From a virus (Duplodnaviria > Caudoviricetes): a stretch of DNA of 53,828 nt. Both the position numbers and the translations under genes were made by a program. Below, piece after piece: positions 19,682-30,264 of this stretch (its first letter is position 1; every line of letters begins with the position of its first letter). The DNA lies in IMG/VR virus record IMGVR_UViG_3300021062_000019, positions 1 through 53,828 of that record, one strand, 5' to 3'. The notes beneath the pieces were generated by a model that had not been told where the DNA came from, made no database searches, and saw only the letters and a list, made by a program, of their open reading frames with translations.

Positions 19682-20128
19682 ATGAGCAAAGATTTTAAGA
19701 TACAAGGATTTGATAGCCTACAAAGGCGGGTAAACCGCAGGGTAGACACTATCAGAAAAGCAGCTACACTAGAAAGCTTTAGCAAGTCTCCTGAACTGCC
19801 AATGATTGTTGGGCGATGTATCCAACGAACTATTGATGCTCAAAGATTCAAACCTCTAAAACCTAAGTATAGGATAGCTCGTGATAAAAAATTTGGTAAA
19901 AAACCCATATTAAGATTAACAGATGGCTTATATAAAAGAGCTTTATTACCTGGTTTTGTAAGGGTTAGTACGAGTGATAGTTTTAGGGTAGTTCAGATAA
20001 GAATTACTGATTTGATAGGTAGTTATCAGCAAGGATTGGGTAGAGATCTGTTTAAGCCTGATGAGGAGTTTAGGCGAGATTTACGAGATTTAGCTGATAG
20101 AACGATAAAAGAAACACTAAACAAGTAA
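19682..20128 (+). CDS. Putative neck/virion morphogenesis protein
   Basis: Basic protein with FKPLKPKY...KPILRLTDGL, resembling Mu gpG / P2 gpS-like proteins. Confidence 0.55.
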   Translation: MSKDFKIQGFDSLQRRVNRRVDTIRKAATLESFSKSPELPMIVGRCIQRTIDAQRFKPLKPKYRIARDKKFGKKPILRLTDGLYKRALLPGFVRVSTSDSFRVVQIRITDLIGSYQQGLGRDLFKPDEEFRRDLRDLADRTIKETLNK

Positions 20129-20165
20129 GTCATCGCTTGGCGATAAATAAGGAGAACGGCGATTT

Positions 20166-20519
20166 ATGACCACACAGACACAATCCCTAAACGATATCGC
20201 ATTAGTTCAAATAAACACCCAATTATCCATAGCTAACCTCAAATTAGAAGGCTCTAAACCTGCTAACTATGATCCTCAAATCAAATATTATGAAGGCCAA
20301 ATATGCCAGCTAGAAGGGATAAAAGGTTATTTATCTATTGCTAGCATTACAGATAAAGAAAATTTTATCAAATACTTGGATTCCCTTTGGGACTTATCTT
20401 ATGACGCACAAGAAAACGCTGTAGGTAAAACGAATAACACAGGACAACCTCATCTTGGAGGTTGCTTTTTTATGGGCAAAATGGATTCCATTAAAACCAT
20501 TAAGACTAAATTAAAGTAA
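20166..20519 (+). CDS. Hypothetical protein
   Basis: ORF with SD AAGGAG before the tape measure gene. Confidence 0.65.
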   Translation: MTTQTQSLNDIALVQINTQLSIANLKLEGSKPANYDPQIKYYEGQICQLEGIKGYLSIASITDKENFIKYLDSLWDLSYDAQENAVGKTNNTGQPHLGGCFFMGKMDSIKTIKTKLK

Positions 20520-20583
20520 CTGCTTTTCTTCTTTTTTCTCACCTACAAAACTATTCTCTTAAACCAACTCCCGGCAATTATTT

Positions 20584-23500
20584 ATGGCAGATAACGATAT
20601 TGATTTAAACGTCAGAGTCAGGACGCAAAGTGCAGAGCTAGAGCAACTTATTAACCAGTTTAGAGAAGCTGGTCAAGTTTCGGAGCGTTCTGCTGAAATT
20701 GCAGCTAGAGCCGCTCGTAATGAATTAGGTACTATTGAACAGCTTGAACTCCAATTAAGAGAGCTAAATGAAGCTCGTAGAAATGCTCGTACTCAAGAGG
20801 ATCTAGTTAAAATTAATTCTGCTATTCAGCAAACAGAAAGAAATTTACGTGAGCTTAACCAAGTTGGCAGAGATAGCGGAAAAGCTGCTGAATTTTTCGG
20901 TGATAAATTAGAAGGCTTAACAGGTGAATTAGGTAGTGTTGCTAAATCTCTAGGTGTAGGTGGAGCAGCAATTGTTGGTTTCATTGGGCTACTAGGGGCT
21001 GCTTCTACGGCTGCTATTAATGCTGCTCAGGCAACGGCTGCTTTTGCAAAAGATCAATTAGCTATACAACGCTCAACTGGTGCAAGTGCCAGTTTCGTAG
21101 CCTCTTTATCCTCCATCATTAAACAGTATGGCGGGGAAATCCAAAATGTCCAAGAATTATTACTTCAAGTAGGTAGTGTTGTTAATACTGCAGTTGCAGA
21201 TCCTACAGGAGTAATGGCCGCAAAGTTTAAACAGTTGGGAGTAGCTTTTACTGATGTCTCAGGTAGAGCAAGAAGTGTTGAAGATGTTTTAAGAGACATT
21301 GATAATACTGCCAAAAACACAGGGTTAACAATTTCCCAGCTAAGTACCTTAAGTACTATTACGGGTGAGGAAGCTGCAAAACAGTTCTTAGACCGCTTTG
21401 GACAGATACAAGATCTAGAATCTCAGCTTAAACAAACAGGGGCAGTACTAAGTGAAGAGCTAACCCAAAGGGCAAATGAATTTAATAAATCAGGTCAACT
21501 ACTTAAAGATCAATTGGATGGTTTAACCTTTTCTTTAGGTGGAGAATTACTAGATGCATTAAAACGAGTAAATGGAATTGCAAGTGAAACGCTTAATAAT
21601 ATTGATCCTAGAACTCTTGAAGGCTTCAAAGGGTTAATTCAGGATTTAGGAAGGGCTTTAGTTGCCACAGCAGAAACTGCCAGTGGAGCTTTTGATTTAT
21701 TGGTAGATGGGGTTAGAGATAGCTTTGGAACAACTCTTATTCCTGGCCTGGGTCAATTCGCAGAAGCAGCAACAGCAATATTAAGCCCTATAGAAAGCCT
21801 TAAAATCATACTGTTCAATGAGTATCCCATTGCTGCTAATAAATCAGATATTTCTACTAAAAATTTAGTTCAGACTTTCACGGCTGGAACATTTGCGGCT
21901 GAAGCATTAAGTAAAAAAATTAAACAATTAGCCGATGATCAAAAGTTTTTAGCTGATATTGTTGAGATTTCGACAGCTAAACAAATAGATAATATTAAGG
22001 AGCTAGAAAGATTAGGGAAAATATCTGCTCAAGATGCGGCTGATCGAATCAATCAACTTGAAGATGAAAAATTAAAGAAGGCTACTGATAATGCTTTTAT
22101 CCGTTTAGCAAAGGTAAATAGCAGCTTTCGCGAACAAACAAAAAGGCTTGAAGAAGAAGCGCAGAAAGAATTAAAAATTGAGCAGGATATTACTACGAAA
22201 AAGAAACAAGCACGAGCAGATTTAGAGAGATTTGAACGTGAAAGTTTTGAAAGGTTAGCAGGTTTACAAAGTGATGCTAATAAAAGTATTGAAGGGGCAA
22301 AACGGCTAGAAGCCGCTAGACAAACGGACAACGCTTTACTTCTCCAAAAGCAAACCTATCTCAAACAGCTAGAAAAAGCTGAGATTAATGCGGGGGAAAA
22401 TACCAAGAAAGCGGCTAAAGAATTAGCAGATTTCCGCAGTGCGATTAATCTGGATGAATTAGTTGATGAAAAACAACTATCAGAAGATAAGCTGAAAGCA
22501 AGAGAGATAGCAAAAAACGCATTCTTAGAATTGCAAAAAGCTGAAGAGGCTGAGAGGAAAAAGAATTTAGAACAACGTAGGAACGATGAAAAAACCATTC
22601 TTGCTGATAGGCAAACTACCTTACATAAAATAGACGAAGAAGAAAAACTAGCAACTGCTAAACTAGCAGAACAATTAAAGCAACAAAAAATCACTCAAGA
22701 TCAGTTTAATCAACAAGAATTAGCCGAAAAAATTAAGTTTGCACAGAAAAAATTAGAGGCAGAGCAATTAGCACTTACTAAATTAAATGTTTCTGAGAAT
22801 ACCTCTTTCCAAGAAAAAGTTGCTACTACTCAACGAGTTGAAACTCTTAGAACTCAAATTGCAGCGGATCAAACTACTGAAAGAATCGCTACTACTCAAC
22901 GAGAATTTAATGCTCTTAAATTAACCTTAGAAGCAGAACAATCTTTTCGTGCTGCGGCTTTTGAAACTCGCAAATCTCAAATAGCACAGATCAAAGATCT
23001 TAACTTAAAACGCATACAAGAATTCTTATTAGAACGCGACATAGCACAGGAGAACAATCTTAAAGCTTTAGAAAAAGTAACATTAGAGCAGAAGGCTTTA
23101 GATGTACTTCGCGCCCAATCTGCAACGAAAGAACAACTCTTAGCCCAGGAAGGGAAAATAGCTTTAGCAATAGCAGAAGCAAATAAAGTTCGTGAACAAG
23201 CTCGTGTTGTTGAGAAAAAAATATTAGATGAAAAACTTCAAAATGCAGCTAAAGCTATTGCTGCTAACCAAGCAGAGGTAGACTCACTAGACGCGCGTAG
23301 CAAAGCTTTTGTTAAAGGACTAGAACAGGTTGGACAGAAATTAAACCAGATAGCTGACTTCTTTAAGGTAACATTTAACCCTGATAATTTTAATCTTGAT
23401 GGTCTAGTAGCAGCAGAAAAACAATTACAAAAGTTTAGAGATATTGCAGCAGAAACCAAAAAAGAATTAACTACTGGTTTTGGTGCTTTTTCTACATTGC

Positions 23501-25962
23501 TTCAAGCTCAGTTAATAATAGCCGAAGAAGCAGTTATTGAACTTGAGAATAAGACTAATCTTGCCCGCCAACGCTTAGCCCAAGAAAATGCACGTAAACA
23601 AGCTGAGATCCTCTTACAGGAACAGCGTCAACAACAGTCCCAATCATTTGAATTATTTAAGAATTTTCAAGAAGAACTTGGTTCACTTAAAAAAGATTTT
23701 CGTACTAGAGAACGTGAGCTTACCAAAGAATTAGCCCAAAGTGAAAAGGATGAAGAAGAAGATCTTAAGAATTTCCAGAAAGAACAAGAAGACGATTTAA
23801 CAGCTTTTGATAAGGAGCAATCGGATAAAAGGATAGCTCAAGCCGAAGAAGAACGGCTAGCTAAAGAAGAACAAGCCCAACAAACTGTAGATAATATTAA
23901 GGAAATTAACCGTCAATCTGCTGATAAGGAAGCTGACGAGAGGATTAAATCTTTAACTGAACGCGGTAAAATTGAATCACAGATTGCAGTTTTAGGAGCT
24001 AAACAAGAAACAGCAGAAACTAAAGCCGAAATAGAGAAGCTAAAAAAAGATCTTCAGGCTTTGGATGCAGCAGAGAAGGCTAGGCAGGATAGGGTTAAGG
24101 AACGTGATAAGCAGATAGGTGAAGCTCAAAAATCTGCTCAAAAAAAGTTAAAGAATGCCAAAACTAAAGAAGAAGTTGACGCCATTAATGAAGAACTAGA
24201 AATAATCACTAAGGGTATTAACGATAGATTCGATATTGAGGAAGAAAAAAACGCTAAGTTAAAAGAACTACAAGGTAAAGCTAGCGCAGAAACCTTACGT
24301 TTATTAGCTGAAGAATTTGAGAAGAAAAAGAAGATTGCTTTAGAAGAAGAGAAAGCACAGATTGAAAGCAATGCTCGTAAGGTAGCCCAGCAGAAGGCAG
24401 CCTTAGAAGCACAGGCCAAAGCCCAAGCAGAGGCAGACAAGAAGGCTAGAGATGAGTTTCTTGCTAATCAAAAGAAAGATTTTGATGATCGTCAAAAAGC
24501 TTTTGATGACAAGCAACAACAACTAAAAGATGAACTGGATAAAGAACGCTCAGAATATAAGAAACATTTATCTGAACTTCGAACCAACACAGCCGAATCC
24601 CTAGCAGAGATAGGTTCATCCTTTACTGATGGAGGAAAAGCAGCAGAAGAATTCTTTAAGAAGTTTGCAGAAGGTGCAGGAATATCAGGTAAAGCCATTG
24701 ATGATATCTTAAAGAAAATCGGTCAATTCAAGCAGCAAATAGCCGACGATAAGGCACAATCAGGACAAGCTAGCCCTTCCTCCTCTCCCACCTCTACCCC
24801 TACAATCACAGGTGGCTCATCAAGTACCCCTAGCAATGATCCCCTAACAGGCACAGGTAAACAAAGCTTTATTAAATCAAGCAGCCAATCAAGTACACCT
24901 AGTAGCACATCATCACCTAGCACTAGTTCAACTACTACACCAAGTACAACTCCTAGTTCATCAAGTGCAAATGCTTCAATAGTTGCAGGCAATCCTGATA
25001 AAGGTGGTAAACCCGATAGAGAGAAGGACACAGGAAGCCCAAGCACAGGCTTTAATGTTCCAAATTCAGCTAAGGATGATGTTTCATTCAAAAAAGGCAT
25101 GCTTAGTGCTAGAGATAGGTTCTTTGCAACAGCTAAATTTAATCAAAAAGGAAACATTAAATTAGACGATAAATCAATTAAAGCTCAAGACGATTATGGA
25201 AAAGCTCGTGGTGATTTAATCAGGAGTTACTTAGGTGGAGTAAAAATAGATGAAAAAACAATTCTACGAACAATGGATAAATTTAGCACCGTTGCTCAAG
25301 ATCGTGATCCTAGACCATATGTTGCTTTATTAGATGAAACTGTAAACCTTGTAGAAGCTAAGCGGCAAGAAGATGAAAAGAAGCCTGTAAAAACCGCTGA
25401 CAGTATAGGCTCTCTAGATAAACCTGATAGAAAACCTGATGTAAGTCCTACTGGTGGCAATAGTCCTACCCCAATTCCAGGTGGAAGCCAGCAACCTGTA
25501 AAAGATCCTGTATTAGCTGCAAGAGAAGCAGAAAATTTTAGTGAGATTGAAGAACAGAACGCTGAGACAGGCGCACAGCTAAGAGGCCCCAATTTTCCAA
25601 GTCCTCCTTCTACACCATCAGAACCAGGAGCTTCTCCATCTAGCCCAGCTAGCGAGCCTAGCGATAATATTTCTGCTACTGGTGATGGTTCTACAAATAA
25701 TGTTAGTGCTAGTGCTGGAGTATCAGCAAGCGCGGTAATAGAAAAATTAATCAACATAGAACAAGTAAATATTACTGCTCCAAATGGAAGTCAAAGTAAT
25801 GGTAAGTTTGATATGGCAGTTCTAGCTAAAGCATTAATTCCAGAGATAACAAAGCTCATTCCAGAAGAACCAGAGTTAGTAAATGTTATGGCTGGTGAGC
25901 TTGATAGAAAATCTTCTAGAGACTTTGCTGCACGTAATCCTTTAAGACAATTCAAGGTTTAA
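20584..25962 (+). CDS. Tape measure protein
   Basis: 1792 aa; hydrophobic A/G-rich segment near aa 120-150; very long coiled coil; position in the tail module. Confidence 0.85.
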   Translation: MADNDIDLNVRVRTQSAELEQLINQFREAGQVSERSAEIAARAARNELGTIEQLELQLRELNEARRNARTQEDLVKINSAIQQTERNLRELNQVGRDSGKAAEFFGDKLEGLTGELGSVAKSLGVGGAAIVGFIGLLGAASTAAINAAQATAAFAKDQLAIQRSTGASASFVASLSSIIKQYGGEIQNVQELLLQVGSVVNTAVADPTGVMAAKFKQLGVAFTDVSGRARSVEDVLRDIDNTAKNTGLTISQLSTLSTITGEEAAKQFLDRFGQIQDLESQLKQTGAVLSEELTQRANEFNKSGQLLKDQLDGLTFSLGGELLDALKRVNGIASETLNNIDPRTLEGFKGLIQDLGRALVATAETASGAFDLLVDGVRDSFGTTLIPGLGQFAEAATAILSPIESLKIILFNEYPIAANKSDISTKNLVQTFTAGTFAAEALSKKIKQLADDQKFLADIVEISTAKQIDNIKELERLGKISAQDAADRINQLEDEKLKKATDNAFIRLAKVNSSFREQTKRLEEEAQKELKIEQDITTKKKQARADLERFERESFERLAGLQSDANKSIEGAKRLEAARQTDNALLLQKQTYLKQLEKAEINAGENTKKAAKELADFRSAINLDELVDEKQLSEDKLKAREIAKNAFLELQKAEEAERKKNLEQRRNDEKTILADRQTTLHKIDEEEKLATAKLAEQLKQQKITQDQFNQQELAEKIKFAQKKLEAEQLALTKLNVSENTSFQEKVATTQRVETLRTQIAADQTTERIATTQREFNALKLTLEAEQSFRAAAFETRKSQIAQIKDLNLKRIQEFLLERDIAQENNLKALEKVTLEQKALDVLRAQSATKEQLLAQEGKIALAIAEANKVREQARVVEKKILDEKLQNAAKAIAANQAEVDSLDARSKAFVKGLEQVGQKLNQIADFFKVTFNPDNFNLDGLVAAEKQLQKFRDIAAETKKELTTGFGAFSTLLQAQLIIAEEAVIELENKTNLARQRLAQENARKQAEILLQEQRQQQSQSFELFKNFQEELGSLKKDFRTRERELTKELAQSEKDEEEDLKNFQKEQEDDLTAFDKEQSDKRIAQAEEERLAKEEQAQQTVDNIKEINRQSADKEADERIKSLTERGKIESQIAVLGAKQETAETKAEIEKLKKDLQALDAAEKARQDRVKERDKQIGEAQKSAQKKLKNAKTKEEVDAINEELEIITKGINDRFDIEEEKNAKLKELQGKASAETLRLLAEEFEKKKKIALEEEKAQIESNARKVAQQKAALEAQAKAQAEADKKARDEFLANQKKDFDDRQKAFDDKQQQLKDELDKERSEYKKHLSELRTNTAESLAEIGSSFTDGGKAAEEFFKKFAEGAGISGKAIDDILKKIGQFKQQIADDKAQSGQASPSSSPTSTPTITGGSSSTPSNDPLTGTGKQSFIKSSSQSSTPSSTSSPSTSSTTTPSTTPSSSSANASIVAGNPDKGGKPDREKDTGSPSTGFNVPNSAKDDVSFKKGMLSARDRFFATAKFNQKGNIKLDDKSIKAQDDYGKARGDLIRSYLGGVKIDEKTILRTMDKFSTVAQDRDPRPYVALLDETVNLVEAKRQEDEKKPVKTADSIGSLDKPDRKPDVSPTGGNSPTPIPGGSQQPVKDPVLAAREAENFSEIEEQNAETGAQLRGPNFPSPPSTPSEPGASPSSPASEPSDNISATGDGSTNNVSASAGVSASAVIEKLINIEQVNITAPNGSQSNGKFDMAVLAKALIPEITKLIPEEPELVNVMAGELDRKSSRDFAARNPLRQFKV

Positions 25963-25963
25963 T

Positions 25964-27454
25964 ATGACATGTGTTAATGCTGAGCTTCGCCTTGAAATAG
26001 GTAAAAATAAGTTCTTTCCTGTAGTTGGTAATCCTGAAATAGATGATAACCTTGCCTCTCATGGTGCAGAATGTAGCCTAAATATTAGGATTCCTAGAAA
26101 CGGATTATTGCCCAAGAAAGGAGATCTTGCCTTTCTGACTAGACTAGTCAATGGAGTCAGAGAAAAGGTTTTTGGTGGTATATGCCCAGATCCTCAAGTT
26201 AAACTAGGCATTGCTGGTGACGACATACCATTAAAGTTAAATAGCTATATCAAATATGCTAATTATAGTTCTATTGATAATTATAGAAACACTACTACTT
26301 TAACAGGGCATATAAGGGCAGCGGCTAAGAAGGGTGGCATATTTGAAATAGATGAAGCAACTAGACAAATAGCTCAAGTTTTTATTGCTCCAGACCCTGC
26401 AAATGATGAGCCGTTTTACTTTGAATACCCTAAAGGCAAACTACAGGGTTTCCTAGAAGAAATTTGTAAAAAGAGAAATTGCTCATGGACACTTGAGGAT
26501 ACTGGAAGTTTAGCAATAGAAAGTTTGGCCCATAACACTTTTCTAAAAGTCAGCAGCAACGTATACCTAAACAATCCAGCACCTAGAGCTTTGTTGCGTA
26601 TCCCTGAACCAGGTGAGCCTATTTCTTCTGATACTGTTTGGTGGACTCCTGGTTTAAGTTATACCCCGATTGCACCCATTGCTAGTGTGGTAAGGTTTTT
26701 TGGTCATCTTGGAAAAGACTATTTTCTTAACTACCTAGGAAAAGGGAAAGAAATAAACCCTCTTATAGAAAAACATACAGGTGAAGATGGAAGAAATTGG
26801 TACCCACTACCAGAAACAGCAGATGAAATCTTACAAATTAAAATCACTAAACCAGATATGACCACATATAACTTAAAGAGAAAACCTTTTAACCCTGATC
26901 AGGTTCAACCTCCTGATGGCAGTAAAGAAGCTAGGATTAGACTAGAAGAGAAGAAGTTTTTCTGTTCTCCTGTAGATGTACCTAAAGACTCATTAGTTGA
27001 AGTATTTGGAAAAGTCAATTTTGTTTATTATGAAGAAGAAGATCCAGATGCTATAAATGAATTTAAGGCTAATGATGAGCAAGCTGGAGATGGTAGGGTT
27101 TTTGATGATATCGACGATGAAAACTGTAGAGATCTAAACACGGCTATTGCAGCAGTGAAGGCTAGACGCGCACAAGTCTGTGTAGGTAATTTAGCTATTA
27201 ATTTTGGCACTAACGTTGTAAAAGGGTGGCGATCTAGGCAGCAGTTTATTGCTCAGCACGAAGCACGAGATATTTATTATTTAGTTACCATTCAAAATTC
27301 TAAAAGGAAACTCTTAGCAGGTGGACGTGATTTCTATAGTATTAATGCTGCTACTATCCGACAATTAACGCCTCAAGATATGCAAGATATACTAATAGAA
27401 AGAGCTTTGAACCCTGCTAAACCTCCATTACCTACTTACACTGTTGATACTTAA
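25964..27454 (+). CDS. Tail tip/baseplate hub-like protein
   Basis: Position directly after the TMP; shares a conserved block with the next ORF. Confidence 0.6.
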   Translation: MTCVNAELRLEIGKNKFFPVVGNPEIDDNLASHGAECSLNIRIPRNGLLPKKGDLAFLTRLVNGVREKVFGGICPDPQVKLGIAGDDIPLKLNSYIKYANYSSIDNYRNTTTLTGHIRAAAKKGGIFEIDEATRQIAQVFIAPDPANDEPFYFEYPKGKLQGFLEEICKKRNCSWTLEDTGSLAIESLAHNTFLKVSSNVYLNNPAPRALLRIPEPGEPISSDTVWWTPGLSYTPIAPIASVVRFFGHLGKDYFLNYLGKGKEINPLIEKHTGEDGRNWYPLPETADEILQIKITKPDMTTYNLKRKPFNPDQVQPPDGSKEARIRLEEKKFFCSPVDVPKDSLVEVFGKVNFVYYEEEDPDAINEFKANDEQAGDGRVFDDIDDENCRDLNTAIAAVKARRAQVCVGNLAINFGTNVVKGWRSRQQFIAQHEARDIYYLVTIQNSKRKLLAGGRDFYSINAATIRQLTPQDMQDILIERALNPAKPPLPTYTVDT

Positions 27455-27456
27455 AA

Positions 27457-29769
27457 ATGCCTTACAATAACTCCAACGCATACGGCAAATTATTTATTGA
27501 TAGTATTCGCACACCATTTTTAGATATTGGTGAGATAGATGATGCTCCCTCTGATGGAGGATCTATTTGTAGTGTGCTGATTCCTGGCTATTTACCTACA
27601 TTAAAGTTAACCCCTAAGGTTGAAATCTATGATTACAACAATGATTTAGCAGCCATTGGTAATGTCAAGATAGACAGTGTTAAGACTGGAAACAAACCAA
27701 AAACTAGTTTCCAAGTCATTAGTTATAACAAGCATTTAAGTAGGAAAAGGGTTGTAGGCCAATTTAGCAACACTTTATTAGAACTCCTAAGAACTTTAAT
27801 ATCAGAAGGAAATGCTAGTGCTTTCTTCACATCTATAAATTTCCGCACTTCTCCAGAGGTACCATCTATAGTTGTTTCCAGGTATATAGATTTCAAGTAT
27901 TTAAAAGATGCTATACCAGAGGTACTTAGCCAAACAGGTAAAGTATTAGACTACGCAGTTCCTGTCAATGATCGAGCAATTGAAATAATAGAACCTGGTT
28001 ATGGTGGCTTAGCTCCTATAGCTAAAGTACGAATAGATGATTTTTATATCAATAAAAAGGTTGGTATTAGCAATACCACTTATACACCTATAGGAAAACT
28101 AGCAAGTGTAGTAAGGTTCTTTGGCCACAACGGAAGGGAGTATTTTAATAGCTACTTAGGTAAAGGCAAAGAAGTTCCTTTACTTACTTTAGCAATGCGT
28201 GCCCAAGATGGAAAAAATAACTACCCTCTCCCTGAAACAGCAGATGAGATTATTTTGATTAGGATCACAACTCCCGAACCCCAAGGATGTACCGTTGTTG
28301 CTGTTGCATCAGGGGATAACTATACCCAGTATAATCAATTATTCTCAGCCGATTTTATTCTACCTAATAATCCAAGCGAGCCTGTAACATTAACCTACAC
28401 AGCTACCATACAAAATATTAAAAGTACTAGTTCAGCTTGTTTTTATTTCTTTGCCAACCTAGGCGATACTATAGGCCATATTACTATTAGTTTTAACGGT
28501 AATATACTCTACGACGAAGATCTAACAGAAGATAATAGTTCAAATAATTTTGATAATCCTATCACAGTGTCCCTTGCTGATTACGTAAATCAATCAGGGG
28601 ACGTTATAGTTGATATTACTCTAGACGAACAAATTAATTTTACAACAGATTATGAGGTTTTAATGGATGTAAATTGCTGCAAGATAGATACTATCATTGG
28701 CAACGGAAATGACGGGTTTTCTCCTGACGGGACATCCCCTTTAAGCTGTAATTTAAGAACAAGGGATTTCCGTGCAGGTGTTCGTAGCTATAACGGCGAG
28801 ATAATTTTTGCCGATTCCAATAATATGCGCGTCAGAAAATTAGATTCCAGTTCTAATACTATAGTTACAATAGGCGGCAATGGCTCTAGTGGCACAACAA
28901 CAGACGGACAACCTGCCTTATCTCAGCCATTAGGGAATATTACACATATTGATTTAGTTGGTGACGAATTATTTTTATTTTTAAGAGATAGACCAGAGAT
29001 AGGTAAGATCAATCTAGTAACTGGTGTTTACAATAAAATTTTTACCAGTACTGATTTTGCTAATTTAGATATTACGTTTAGTGCTGCATTTCCTGCTATT
29101 GAGGGAATGATTGTAGATCCTACTGATCTTAGTATCTACTTTACTCATAACCATCTAAACGAATCCTTGTTAAGGGCTTATTCTGTTATTTATAAAATAA
29201 CTAGCGGTGTAGCTACTTTATATGCAGGGCAACTTGATGGAGACTATGAGCCTATCGGAGATGGAGGTGATAGGCTTGATGCTGGTATATATCAAGCTTA
29301 TGCGTTGGCTTTAGATAGTAACAATAATTTAATTTTTTCTGACGTAAATAGACCTAATGGGATCTCTACGTATAGCTTAGTAAGAAAAATTAATAAAACT
29401 ACTGGGATAGTCAACACTATAGCTGGTGATGTTAGTGGTTTTGGTAGTCTTGAGTTTGATATAGACGCAAGTAACTTCTTTTTATTTGGGTTTGGCACAA
29501 ATTTAACCGTAGATAAAAGTACTAATGATTTATATATTGCTAGTGATGATAGTGTATTAATTCTAAAAGTTAAGGCTACTACTAATATAATTAGTCATTT
29601 TGCTGGCAATAAATTAAGTGCTGCTTTTTGTGGTGATGGTGGTAGCCCAATGATTGCTGGTATAGGTCGAGGTGGCAATATTACAGGAGCCATCCATTTT
29701 GTTAGTGCTGATGAGTTTTTAATCCTTGATGCCTATAATCGCCGTATCAGAAAAGTATTTTGCACTTAA
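27457..29769 (+). CDS. Tail tip protein with C-terminal NHL-repeat beta-propeller (candidate receptor-binding protein)
   Basis: Repeats IIGNGNDGFSPDG, FADSNNMRVRK, GDGGDRLDA, FCGDGGSP and DAYNRRIRK. Confidence 0.75.
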   Translation: MPYNNSNAYGKLFIDSIRTPFLDIGEIDDAPSDGGSICSVLIPGYLPTLKLTPKVEIYDYNNDLAAIGNVKIDSVKTGNKPKTSFQVISYNKHLSRKRVVGQFSNTLLELLRTLISEGNASAFFTSINFRTSPEVPSIVVSRYIDFKYLKDAIPEVLSQTGKVLDYAVPVNDRAIEIIEPGYGGLAPIAKVRIDDFYINKKVGISNTTYTPIGKLASVVRFFGHNGREYFNSYLGKGKEVPLLTLAMRAQDGKNNYPLPETADEIILIRITTPEPQGCTVVAVASGDNYTQYNQLFSADFILPNNPSEPVTLTYTATIQNIKSTSSACFYFFANLGDTIGHITISFNGNILYDEDLTEDNSSNNFDNPITVSLADYVNQSGDVIVDITLDEQINFTTDYEVLMDVNCCKIDTIIGNGNDGFSPDGTSPLSCNLRTRDFRAGVRSYNGEIIFADSNNMRVRKLDSSSNTIVTIGGNGSSGTTTDGQPALSQPLGNITHIDLVGDELFLFLRDRPEIGKINLVTGVYNKIFTSTDFANLDITFSAAFPAIEGMIVDPTDLSIYFTHNHLNESLLRAYSVIYKITSGVATLYAGQLDGDYEPIGDGGDRLDAGIYQAYALALDSNNNLIFSDVNRPNGISTYSLVRKINKTTGIVNTIAGDVSGFGSLEFDIDASNFFLFGFGTNLTVDKSTNDLYIASDDSVLILKVKATTNIISHFAGNKLSAAFCGDGGSPMIAGIGRGGNITGAIHFVSADEFLILDAYNRRIRKVFCT

Positions 29770-29778
29770 CCTGTACCT

Positions 29779-30264
29779 ATGCCAACAGACACACTCATTG
29801 AAACTAAAATCCCTCTAACCGCTTTAGTTGTAGAAGATACAGCACACGGATTATTTAGTATAATGTACTGCTTAGAGTGTTCTGAACAATTTGATATTTT
29901 ACCTGTAGTAGCACTTAACCTAACTAGGGCTAAAAATTACCTACAAAGAATGAAATTCCAAGTAATAGTTTTAGACCTAGGTTTGCCCGATAGTACTAGC
30001 ACTAATACAATAACCCAGATAAGAGAGGTAGCTAGTATACCTATAGTAGTCGTTACAGGAGGAGATTTAACAGACGAAGAAAGGGAACAGTTTAATGTTA
30101 AGGGATATTTGACTAAAAGAAACTTATCCCCAATAAGTCTAGATGAAGAGATTATCCATTCAGTAGAAACACCAAACTTTACTCGCTTTAATAGAAAGCT
30201 ACAGCTTACGACAGCTAGCCTAGAAAATACTCTCGAAAGGTTATCAAAAGACCTAAAAATATGA
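29779..30264 (+). CDS. Single-domain response regulator receiver (CheY-like)
   Basis: LVVED acidic pocket, phospho-acceptor in IVLDLGLPD, PIVVVTG and GYLTK are all present. Confidence 0.9.
   Translation: MPTDTLIETKIPLTALVVEDTAHGLFSIMYCLECSEQFDILPVVALNLTRAKNYLQRMKFQVIVLDLGLPDSTSTNTITQIREVASIPIVVVTGGDLTDEEREQFNVKGYLTKRNLSPISLDEEIIHSVETPNFTRFNRKLQLTTASLENTLERLSKDLKI

Noticed and set aside
19682-20583. Tail assembly chaperone pair with a -1 frameshift
   Set aside because: No overlapping ORF pair or convincing slippery site before the tape measure gene.
22053-25757. Numerous minus-strand ORFs within the tape measure gene (similar ones lie in the fibre, dnaB and initiator genes)
   Set aside because: Antisense shadows of strongly biased coding sequence; Ser/Phe/Leu-rich with no motifs.
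25964-29769. Diversity-generating retroelement or invertible tail cassette
   Set aside because: No reverse transcriptase or invertase is present. The shared block differs at many non-adenine positions and is in direct orientation.
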